This document shows positions 53,890-64,000 of a stretch of DNA of 64,000 bases, in pieces. The stretch spans positions 25,444,560-25,508,559 of the forward strand of contig NC_134027.1 in NCBI RefSeq assembly GCF_964204645.1. The letters run 5' to 3'. The stretch is from Tubulanus polymorphus (taxonomy: Eukaryota > Animalia > Nemertea). The position numbers were made by a program, and so were the translations under genes. Within the stretch, counting starts at the first letter, position 1. Each line of letters begins with the position of its first letter. Below the pieces are notes generated by a model. It had not been told where the DNA came from. It ran no database searches and was given only the letters and a program-made list of their open reading frames with translations.

Positions 53890-55049
53890 TGAAAAGTCGC
53901 CCTGAGCGGTTCAATGAGTGACAATTTTTTCCGATATTTTCTCGTCTCTTAATAAATCATTGTATTAAAACATCATCAACGATTTAATAATGTAAATAAA
54001 GATATGATAATTATGAAAAAGACTTTTGTGTATTTTTTTTTTTCGATTCATAATTTCGTTTTTGGCGTATGGCGGTTGTTGCATCTATGGGCACCACGAT
54101 CTCTGAAATGAACTGGCCTTAGAATTTAACAAAGACTGGTGGATATGGTCAAAGGTTTTGAAAATTGATTCAAAGTTATAAGGTATCTAGAATGATTTAT
54201 TTCATTGAATAAAAAGATATTTTACGTTAAAATTAAATTGTGAATATGCAAGCTAATTAGATGAAATAAGTTGTATATTCACAATTTGGTTTTAACGTAA
54301 AATATCATTTTATTCAATAACAGTGCAAAAAATACACATTAAAAACCACTAAAAAATTTATAATAAATTTGAATCGAGTGATACCGAATCCAGTGCCCAC
54401 TTCAAGACGGTAATTTATTGCTAAACAGTCGAACTCGGTCGGTTTTTGTCGGTAGTTAGTTGGACCGATTGACAGAGTGCAATCGGTTGGCCTGATCATG
54501 AAATCAAACTAAAACAGTTATAAATTGAATCGCAAAATATCTCTTTAGTCCATGATGAACCTCAGTCGAAAAATGAATTTATACTTTACAATATGTCTTA
54601 AATGATAATTGACTCATATTTTTGGAAATTGGTCAGATTTGATACCAGTCGTGGTTATGGATTAGGTGCATAAAATGCGACGCTATTAAAAACTTCCAAG
54701 GACTCGCGATGTATTTTAACATTCCCGCTGTAATCATCTACTGCAATTACTGCAATGTGTCTTTCAGCAATAAATAAACGAAACGGGGTATGTTATTCTA
54801 TGAAATATTGTGTGTTTAGCAGACTCAATAACCATATTGGACACTTTTTGCTAGTGAAGTTGAAGGCCTCCAACCCAAATTGGAATTGGAATTATCATAT
54901 CACCTGGCTTCGGCTTCTTGCTAATTTAAATTCTCATCGCAAGCCGGTTTTCCTTTACTTCCGCAAGTCTCTGTACAAGGGAGTGGGTTGTCACCAGTCT
55001 GTATTTTAGTTAGACAATCGGATATTTTCTCAAACATGTCATCCCACCA

Positions 55050-55178
55050 AGGGGCTCGTAATCAGAGTTGTAGGTAATGTAAAAACGATAATCTGTTAAT
55101 CCAATGTATATAGTATTATATACATTGGATTAACAGATTATCGTTTTTACATTACCTACAACTCTGATTCGAGCCCCT
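55050..55178. repeat. Near-perfect ~129-bp palindrome
   Basis: AGGGGCTCG(T)AATCAGAGTTGTAGG...CAATGTATATA / TATATACATTG...CCTACAACTCTGATTCGAGCCCCT. Confidence 0.9.
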
Positions 55179-55407
55179 GTGGTCAAACCAGGTGGTTGGT
55201 TAAGTAGAGTAGGCTAATAATAGGCTATATGCCCATCCAATTATAAAAGCTTACCACTAACGATTAGTAACTTGGTTAACTTTGGCCCAACACCTTTGCC
55301 CAGTGACGTGACATTACAGATATTATATAATGACTTCAGTGCAGTAAATATGTGACCAGACAGTGCAATGATTAATTTGATGTATTATTTGTTTAGGGTT
55401 ATTTAGA

Positions 55408-58400
55408 ATGGGATGTCGTCCCAGTAAAGCTGATTTCATCGGCGACAGTTACTGCGAGGGAAGCCGCGACCTAGATAATATCAGTCGACGCGGATATCGC
55501 CATGGCAACTGCGTTATGCGTAAGTGTCATTGCGGGACGTGTCGATCTCGGCGGATGCTGCCGCACACGAACTCGTTCCCGGTCGACGCTCACAATCGTA
55601 TCGTCACGTCCGATAACTGGATCGATTCGCGCTGGCAATCGGGAATAGGGACGGCGTCGTCGTCAGCGGCGGCGAGGAGCTCCGGTAGTTCGCTGTCGTA
55701 TACGCGTGATTTCTCCACGGTTACGAGCGTCTCCGGGCGGTCGACAATACGCGTCACATTGCTACGCGACGGGTCGATGATCGAAGTTGAGAAATACGAA
55801 ACTCCCGAAACCGATCCGGACGATATCGATCTAAGTAATTCGGCCGAGTCTCCGCTGATCGGCGGTTCGTGCCACGGGGCGGCTGGTACCTCCCCCGGGG
55901 CGGCCGGGGCCATCGCGATCTGTCGCGCGCGTCATCATGATATAAATACTCACTATTCTCTACCAAACTTGAAATTAGTCGATGAAAGCAGCCCGCGGAA
56001 TTGTACGGGCACTGACGAGCCCGTCGCGGTTAGCCGCGAAACTGACCCGTTACTGTCGAGCGAGGACTCAGGCGTCGAGGACGCAGTCGTCGACGGCAAC
56101 GGTTGCGACAGCGGTAGAAATCGAGATCGCGAACGTCGACAAGCAGCGCCACCTATGAGAAAATTGCAGAAAAGCCGAGCCATCTGCTGCGAAACGGTTG
56201 TCCACGGTTACCACAACGAGCAGACGCAATTGTTGCTGCCGCGCGTTGACGTAAACGGTGAGTGCTCAAATTCAATGCTCAGTCCGCAATCGGATAGCCA
56301 GCAACAATCTCACTATTCCGCAAACTGTCAGCCGGACGACCAGTTTCCCGATTCGACGGACCAGCCACCGTCTGGCCATCTAGATTATCACAACGCGTTG
56401 AAGCAGCCGCAATTTCTCAAATCGGAGGACCAGTCGCATTTCCACAATCCGGACGACCCGTCGCGATCTCACGATCCGGACGACCAGCCACAATCTCATG
56501 ACAAACGAAACGGTTGTTCGTTGATCGTCGTCGAATCGAATCCGGGCAACGACGACGTCGATCGGCCGTTATTTACGATTCAAACCCCCGAATTATCGCG
56601 AGCTTCGTCGAACGCGACTCCGACGAAATTACCGCCGATTAAATCGACGTCGAAATTGAAAGGTACGTTCTCGTCGCCGTCGTTCGTACGAGATTTACTA
56701 CAGCTGAACGGGGGCGGGGCCGGGGGCGGGGCTAGCGGCAGCAGCAGCGCGGCGTCGTCGAACGTTTCCAGCGCGGCGAACACGCCGAAATTAAAGTGCA
56801 AGAAAGGCTTCGACAAGTGTAAACATTCGAGTTTGGACCTACCCGGCGAGAAATCTCGTAAGAAAACGCCGCAGAAGAGCAACTCGTCGGGCTGGCTGTC
56901 GAAACTGAATAAAGATAAAGACGCGGACGGCGTTAAAACCGGTTCGAAGTCAAACGGAACGCCGAAAACCCCGAAGAAAAGTCTGTCGAGCGATTGGCTG
57001 AGCCGATTGACCTCGATGGATCGCGGCCGCAATAAGAGCGCCGATAGCGCGAAGAGTAAGAAACGACCGTTCGTTAAAGCTATGAGCGATGAAGGTGGCG
57101 CCACCGGTGGTAGTAGTGATTATCATTACACCGATGCGATCGGTGTGAATGATTCGAACGCAGCAGAAAACGTCGTCGATGTTCATTTACATGAGGAATT
57201 TTTCAGAGGTTTGTAATTCAGTTTATTTCCATATATAATTTACAGTACGAGGTCAACTCTGGGGTCTCCTTACCATTATTTACAGTCAACATATGCATGA
57301 ATGTACATTCAAAGTCGTAGTGAATGTAGTCATAATGCTGCCTTTTTATTGCCACTTCTCACTGAACGCAAACTTTTTTCAGAAAATAAAATTTGCTCTT
57401 TCCCAACTTAAATTCGATGAAAATATCATTCTTTATATATCATTCCATGTTTTCCATTGGTTCCAACAGTGGCACTATAATAGACTTTGATTGTTTGTGA
57501 AATATGCTGTTTAATCCTGAGTTTCATCAACCGACTTAAATTTTCATTGGCCCCAAAATGAACCACGTAACAGTAGACTGTTTACCCCGCACCCAATTAC
57601 CTTGGATTATCGTGTGCCCATCAGACACTCCCAATTTATTGTGATGACGACCAATTCCTGTTCAGACTGCCCCAGTATTCTCGTGCCTCAAGAGAGAATA
57701 GGCCGGTCCCGCAAGATCCGAGTCTTCTGTATCTCGGCAAGTTGAGGCCTCTGCATTCATATCCTTGGTATCTATGTTTGTACACTGGCAGCAGGAACCA
57801 GTGTTGTTAATTTGTTTTGGGGTTCAATTCAAATGTGTGGACAATTTTCTGATTTTTATGTAAATGCTCCTCAGTGGTATCTTAGAGTTAAACCAATACA
57901 TAAAGTATGTTTTAACCCCCCCCCCCCCCTTAGAAATGTGTACTTACAAATTGAATCCTCCCCTCAAGGTTTTAGGGTTTTATTGATTGAAAACTATTTT
58001 GAAACAAGGATGAAATTTCCAAAGATTTTCTAGTTTTGTTTTGACAAGTTAAAGCTATTTTTTGCAGATTTTGGAGATATTTTTGATGATGAGGCCGATT
58101 TTGCCTGTTGATACTGTGCCAGTAACTTTGTAAATTTTATGGTAAGTTTTAGAAAATTAGGGGAAATCCCGTTCCAGTGCGTTGTATAACTCATAGACCG
58201 CTGTATTGCCTCTACCCTGCAGTGCGATGTACAATAGACTTGCCAATATATTGCATTTGCCATATAGCGTTGAGTCACTTATATTTATGTTTGACAGGTG
58301 CTACCAGCTTCCAATAGATTGCAACTAATCAACAATTAGCGGGTACACGTTACTGATAAGTTTCCCTATCTGGTTTTGATCTGCTAATAATAAATGATAA

Positions 58401-58607
58401 ATTTTTTCGATATATGTATTTAGGTGGTGTTAATCCAGATATAAAAGGATTTACTTCGGGCGGGGGGGGGGGGCAATTGTCCTAGAATCATAAGTTTCAA
58501 CACGTAAACTGCATCTTCTTCATTTTGATATTTCAGGTGTTGATGTTGCGTATAATTTGTGTGTATTGTGCGTGAAAACAAACTTTCTACTGTATTCAAC
58601 GATTTAG
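55408..58607 (+). CDS. Uncharacterised low-complexity protein with N-terminal MGC acylation motif
   Basis: A 602-codon ORF (55408-57216) with the same GC/CpG-rich coding composition as neighbouring genes and a splice acceptor just upstream of the ATG. A likely donor after 57208 splices to 58537-58607 (GVDVAYNLCVLCVKTNFLLYSTI*); AATAAA at ~58795. Confidence 0.7.
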
Positions 58608-59328
58608 ACGCTATTTATATTAGTTAAACGAGGATGTGAAGATTCTTTTTCCGGGCGCGACAGAAAACCTTCCTCACTATTTAAACAACCTAGTCATCAT
58701 CAAGCACCTAGTCCAAAGTCTCTTTGATTTTGAATCATATTTATTGTTGTGCTATATTTCTAAAATGTTAACAATGCAAAAAAAACTTGTTACAAATAAA
58801 TAGATTTTAAGTATAATGTACAGTTTTGATGATCGGATTTTGTTCGAAAAACTCGGACGGAAGTCTTTTTAAGGGGTCATTCATGTATTACATATACTAT
58901 AAGTCTGGTTCACCCAATGCATGCAACAGAAAAGGTTAGTTCAAACTTCTGATCTTAATTCATAAGATTGGTTAAAGTTTAAAGAGAGGTGATTGCCTTT
59001 GCTTGAACTCTGCTTGCTATGGAGTGAGATTTGTATTGGAGAAAATTAAGTGGTCCCGTTGAGATCTGAGGCAAATGCAGTCTTATGTTGGTAGTCTAGA
59101 ATCTATCTAAGTTCCCAAAGAACTAGGGTCATCCGGAAGACCGTCTAGTGATGGACTAAGCCTGATTTTATTTTTTTGGAATAGTTTATCCACTTAATAT
59201 AGTAATATTCAAAACCATCCTTGAAACTCGCGCAGATGGGGTTAAATTTAAGTTGTATACGTAATAAATGAATGATCCCAGTAGCTAAGAGATGGAACGA
59301 CAATGAAGACACGAGCAGACGGATAGAT

Positions 59329-62300
59329 TTAATCTTCGGTGGACGTTCGACAGAACGGACAATAACCTTTCTGTAACGACAGCAGTTCATAATCATCTGT
59401 ATGAAACATCTGAAAATACATCATTAATATAACATTCAGTCAGTGAGCCTGTCGATGATTGAACTTGAGAAATTAAACTTGCATAACTGTGGAACTGGAT
59501 TCAGAGTCAAATTAAGCCCACAACTGTGGAATTGGATTCAGAATCAAGTTAAACCCACATAACTGTGGAACTGGGTTCAGAGTCGAATTAAACCCACAAC
59601 TATGGAATTGGATTCAGAATCAAGTTAAACCCACATAACTGTGGAACTGGGTTCAGAGTCGAATTAAACCCACAACTATGGAATTGGATTCAGAATCAAT
59701 TAAACCCACACAAATGTGGAACTGGGTCCAGAGTCAAACCCACATAACAGTGTGGAACCAGGATCAGAGTCAAATAAAACCTAAACAATGTGGAATTGGT
59801 TACAGAGTCAAATTAAAACCACATAACCGTGGACCTCAGCCCAGAGACAAAACAAATCCACAATCCCAGCTGTGGAATTGTGGATCATAATTCGTACGTA
59901 CCTTGTTACAGTTAGGACACAATGTAATCGAGACATCAGGCATCAATGATTTATAATATCTGAATCGTAGCGGTTTCTTCAGCCTCTGGATCAAAACTTC
60001 GTGACGTTTGAGACTTTTCAAAATGGTCCGATTGACGACGACGGGAACGAACTCGTTACGATCGTGCTACAAAAATACATCAAATATTCAATACAAGTAA
60101 TAATCAAAGCATCAATTCTCAGCTCTCAATGGGCCCCTTTGAAAGTAGGGATCAGATTTCTTTTCGTAGAAAATAGGGAAAAGCCCCATTTTCACCTAAA
60201 AATAAGAATCAGTGGGTAAGACACTATTTGACAGGGAAAGGTTGGGCCACTTGACAGCCTGCATTTATGATTTATTCAATGACCAGGAAGGGAGCGTGCT
60301 GTTTCATGGAATTAATTTCACCCAGTCCTGGCAGTGGTTGTCTCCACAGAGATCTCTGTCACTCTGAGATCCTAGTGTAACCACTCTGGTATATCAGACA
60401 CTAAGGTTCTTGGTGAAGGCATTACTTTACTTTGAGACAGAGAAAAGTAGGGCCATTTGACAGCCTGCATTAATGATTTATTCAATGACAGGGAAGGGGG
60501 CGTGGCTGTTTCATGGAATGAGTTTACTTTGAGGTTATATTAGTATTGTGTTATTTTGACTAACTATTTCGAGTGACGAGCTGCGGGTTGCAGGTTTTTT
60601 ACCTCGTAAGAGAGAAGTTTAGCGGTGAAGGCGTCCTCTTCTTCCTCGGGAGTATCATCCATTCTCAATGACTGTACATCTAATAATACAGAGTCAAGGG
60701 CCACAGTTTTGTCCAAGGGCTACGAAAGATTTAAATACCGTCCAGCCAAAATAACTGAATGCTGCATTTACTGCAATTGGTACTCAATAGTTGTTTTGAT
60801 AATATCATTAACATCATCCTATAACCAGTCACTCCATTGACTGTAATCATTAGCCAGAGCCAGTTCACTGTAATCATTTCATTTTCGCTGTAAAATCATT
60901 AATTCTATCCATTCTAAACAAATGAAGATTCTAGGATTTATACCAATATTTTACAAGACTTAAAAGTCTAAACTATGGAATTAGTTCAGACGAGGGACTC
61001 AAACTTCTGATTTCAGGGGTGGATACAGATCATGTTTCCTTAACTTTGTTTGAAAGCATGTCATGTCAAAAGGGGCAAAATGATGAACGCAATTTTCACA
61101 TTCTGGAAAAGTGTATTTCATCAAGAGGCCTGGGGGCACTGTAAAAATTACCGTTTCTAATCGATTTGCCCCCATTTTGACGCTAGCTCTATAGATATCA
61201 AATAATGTATTAATTGATTAATGGTCATGGAGTAGTAATGAAAGGATACTGCCTCCTCTTGATTCCTGCCAGTTGTCCTCTTTGATCGGAGTCGGCGCTT
61301 CGTAATCGATGAGTTGAATCGCCTCTTCATCTATGATATCATCTTCCAATATGAACTCAACCAACGGTAAAACCTCTGTAATATAGAAATAGCAACAACA
61401 TTGAATATACCGGTGACCCTCTTAGATTTAACCACGCAGTTCATCAATGGTGCCAGCCACTTAGCTGAAAATCAGGGAAATTTTGTTTTCTTGAAAAAAT
61501 AAGGGAATTTTGTTAATCAGCTAAAAGTCAGGGAAAAGTCCAAGAAATTTGTTGAGATTGCTAGATCGCGCGTAAAATCAAACAGTTTCTGTCTATGTCT
61601 TACGTATTTGACTGTTTTATTCGATTGGAGTCAAACATAAGTGGTCACCCTGTAATATTTCTTCATTTCATATTTGAGATCTTTCACTGACTTACCGAAC
61701 GAGACAAATGAATGTACGAATGGTTGACGACAATTCGTGCATTGATTCCCGAGATTATTCAACAATAGATTCGTCGTTGAACATCTATAGCACATCGGTA
61801 ATACCTCCTACAAATATACAATACCGGTACGTATACAATCGAAGTACTCGGTATCAGTGGAAAATACTGTTCATTTCATCTTAACATAGGCATATACAGG
61901 GGGTATCTGTGGGTGTCCCCCCCCCCAAAAAAAAAATTTTGAGGTCCCTTAAAAACCTCAATCCCCAAGAATTTCGGACTGAATATTTTCAGAAGAAAGG
62001 TCAAAATTAAGCTTGAACAACTAACTGGAAGATGTATAAAAATTCTGTAGCAGTGGCAATTAGCTGTCCAGGTTTTTAATTCTAAGAACTAGGTCCGAAC
62101 TAGTGACCTTTGACCAACTCCAATAACCGAAGTCTTCCAGGGTAGTCTACAATAAAGTTTTCAAGTTGATAATAATTTCGTCACACGTACCTCAGCGTCG
62201 TGGAATGGTTTTGATCGTATCGTCACGCTACCGAGATCGATTGTCTCCTGAAACCTACTGGGTACTCGTAAAGCTTGTAGTTTCTCGAACGCGTAACGAG

Positions 62301-63788
62301 CTAGTTTATACGCTCCGAGATTCTTACTCTGTTTCGCTAACGCGTACAGAGTAGCTCTGTTTACAACCGAGTTAAGATCAAACGATGATTTCAGTGAAAA
62401 ACGTTTTATTTACGATCACGCCAATTTGCAAGCCCAACATTACAATACCTGGTCTAAAATAAGTAACGAGACGAGTAGTATTGTATAGGTTAACTATTTA
62501 TTTGACGCGCGAGCTTTCGCTACTAATGTATAGAAGCTTCATCAGGTGAATGAGTCATAGTTAAGCTATGTTTTTAATCCTACAATCCTAGAATAATAGG
62601 TTTCATCCGGTGAGGTTTTAAAACAGCAAAAACAAACTATAAACTCGAGGAGTGACTCATTGAATACATATATTTCACTCGTCTGAAATTGGCGACGTTT
62701 TTTCCCCTGATAAATGATAGTTGCGAGGCCCGCGCGTGAATGTTTGTTTGTTTTTGACGAGTTGGACTCTAATCTGCATGCCTCGGCGACTGTCAGCAAT
62801 TTAAAACTAATTCTAATTATGCCTAAGTAACGAGACGAGTAGTACTGTATAGTTAAACTATTTATTTGACGCACGAGCTTTCGCTTCTAATGAATAGAAG
62901 CTTCATCGTGTGAATGAGTAAAGTCAATAGAAAAACAACAGTATTTATAGGTAGACTGACACTAAACACAGAGAACTGAGTGAGAAGAGTAATTACAAAT
63001 AAATGATGAGTGACATGATAATAAATAACTAAGTGAGTGAGTAGATAATTGATTAATTAAGGAACAACAAACTAAAAGAGAAATAAATCAAAATGACAGT
63101 CTACCTATAAACACTGTTGTTTTTCCATTGACTATACTCATTCACCTCATGAAGCTTCTATTCATTAGAAGCGAAAGCTCGTGCGTCAAATAGATAGTTA
63201 ACCTACACAGCACTACTCGTCTCGTTTCTTATTTTAAACCTGGTTAACACGGCTACTCTACGAATACCTGGTCTGAAAGATAAACTACTGGTCCAGTCAA
63301 ACAATATTTGAGATGTTGAAATATTTGAAAAGGATACACTTTAGAAAGACCATGCGTATGAACTCCGCGTTGAGTATCCTGTATCATACAATGAAGCAAG
63401 TATCTCGACATGTTGAACAAAGCTTCCGGTAAATGAGATGTGAACGGCTCGTCCTGAAAAATAAAGAATTCATTAAAACCATCCCTAAACAACAGAGATC
63501 CAGTCTCTGGGGGCCAGTTGCATAGTCATGACTTCAAGACCAGTCTAAGACCAACTTAGCAATCTAACAACTTAAGACCAGTCTTTAGAAAATGTGTAAT
63601 GTGCAACTGGCCCCAGCAAACTATGATATGACCTCTTTAACCTACACAATAAACAGAGTCAGATTGAAATATCATAAAACTTACTGTATAACGCTGTATA
63701 GAATGATACACGTAATACATATCGGCTCTTCTCTGGAAATCATGAAACTTCGCTAACATTTCATCGCGTTTTGCGTTGTCTTCTTCCT
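59329..63788 (-). CDS. IFT122: Intraflagellar transport protein 122, 3' part (gene continues beyond the window)
   Basis: Exons ~63788-63685, ~63453-63338, 62356-~62192, ~61807-61696, ~61375-61250, 60679-60603, ~60066-59902, 59409-59329. Motifs: [68 protein letters not shown]. Confidence 0.96.
59484..59886. repeat. ~38-bp minisatellite of the dispersed AACTGTGGAACTGG family
   Basis: About ten copies of AACTGTGGAA(C/T)TGG(A/G)TTCAGAGTC..ATTAAACCCAC. Related arrays lie at ~7140-7200, ~30940-31085 and, inverted, ~41365-41480. Confidence 0.9.
60680..61249 (-). other. U12-type (minor spliceosome) GT-AG intron in IFT122
   Basis: 5' splice site GTATCCTTT; branch site CCCTTGAC about 13 nt upstream of the exon; reading frame preserved. 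Confidence 0.85.
61448..61652. mobile_element. CAGGGTGACCACT-ended MITE
   Basis: Right end AGTGGTCACCCTG. The interior is the reverse complement of ~7722-7970 (CAGGGCGGCCACT...CTAGCAATCTCAAC). Confidence 0.6.
62508..62548 (-). ncRNA. Minimal type-I hammerhead motif with intact catalytic core
   Basis: CAC-CTGATGA-A-GCTTCTA(TACAT)TAGTAGC-GAAAGCTC-GCG, with one mismatch each in stems I and II. Confidence 0.7.
62872..62912 (-). ncRNA. Hammerhead motif copy with mutated core (ACGATGA)
   Basis: Perfect stems CAC/GTG and GCTTCTA/TAGAAGC plus GAAAGCTC, but CUGAUGA is altered. Confidence 0.55.
63143..63183 (+). ncRNA. Hammerhead motif copy with mutated core (CTCATGA)
   Basis: CAC-CTCATGA-A-GCTTCTA(TTCAT)TAGAAGC-GAAAGCTC-GTG. 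Confidence 0.55.
63510..63614. mobile_element. MITE with 13-bp perfect TIRs
   Basis: GGGGCCAGTTGCA ... TGCAACTGGCCCC. Confidence 0.75.
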
Positions 63789-64000
63789 CTACAAAATTAA
63801 CAACATTTCACATTCAAAACATTGTCAGTTGAGGAGTGATGTTGTCCCATTCATTCTCAGTGCAAATGCAGGTTCAAGTCCTGTTGGAAACGCTTCAAAG
63901 GCTGTGGTACCCGTCATGAGGTTGAACAATCCAATAAAATAAAGTTTTGGCAAACCATGATCCGAAGCAAGTAGTGAAGCAAGATTAGCAAAACAATACT

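Larger units (their letters stand above)
62460..63231. mobile_element. Penelope-like pLTR cluster: two tandem copies plus one inverted copy
   Basis: An ~95-135-bp unit occurs at ~62460-62556 (-), ~62824-62958 (-) and ~63097-63231 (+), each with a hammerhead motif. Confidence 0.75.
62357..63337 (-). other. U12-type (minor spliceosome) GT-AG intron in IFT122
   Basis: 5' splice site GTATCCTTTT; branch site TCTTAAC at 62377-62371 with no polypyrimidine tract; splicing restores [13 protein letters not shown]. Confidence 0.85.

Noticed and set aside
57590-57805. GC-richer intronic stretch considered as a structured RNA (HDV-like ribozyme)
   Set aside because: I could not build the nested double pseudoknot by eye, so there is no support.
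59484-59886. Regularly spaced repeats as a CRISPR array (also 23503-24008 and 21340-22400)
   Set aside because: The inter-repeat segments are themselves homologous rather than unique spacers, there are no cas genes, and the context is eukaryotic introns.

Overview
This is eukaryotic, intron-rich, AT-rich genomic DNA from a gene-dense region of an invertebrate animal, probably a marine lophotrochozoan (inferred from gene content; the species cannot be fixed from the sequence). It is not prokaryotic: there are no operons, rRNA genes or CRISPR arrays. Hand-spliced gene models in order are: the 3' end of a coiled-coil gene (possibly TRPC-like); a 10-exon, ~1670-aa minus-strand gene whose N-terminus matches the Est3/TPP1(ACD) shelterin OB fold and whose C-terminus resembles the TPP1 TIN2-binding motif; an ankyrin/SOCS-box gene; two tandem intronless class A GPCRs plus a decayed third copy; par-6; an ANKRD60-like gene; NDUFV2; CYC1; a BTB zinc-finger gene; TMA7; an uncharacterised MGC-start low-complexity gene; and the 3' part of IFT122, which has two U12-type introns. 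Non-coding DNA carries three different families of minimal type-I hammerhead ribozyme motifs in Penelope-like pLTR fragments (one in a perfect 102-bp-arm palindrome inside the GPCR pseudogene), several MITE families, tRNA-derived SINEs and minisatellites. A B-box/CRE/YY1-like motif set recurs at four divergent promoter regions. All homology calls come from remembered family motifs, not from database searches.
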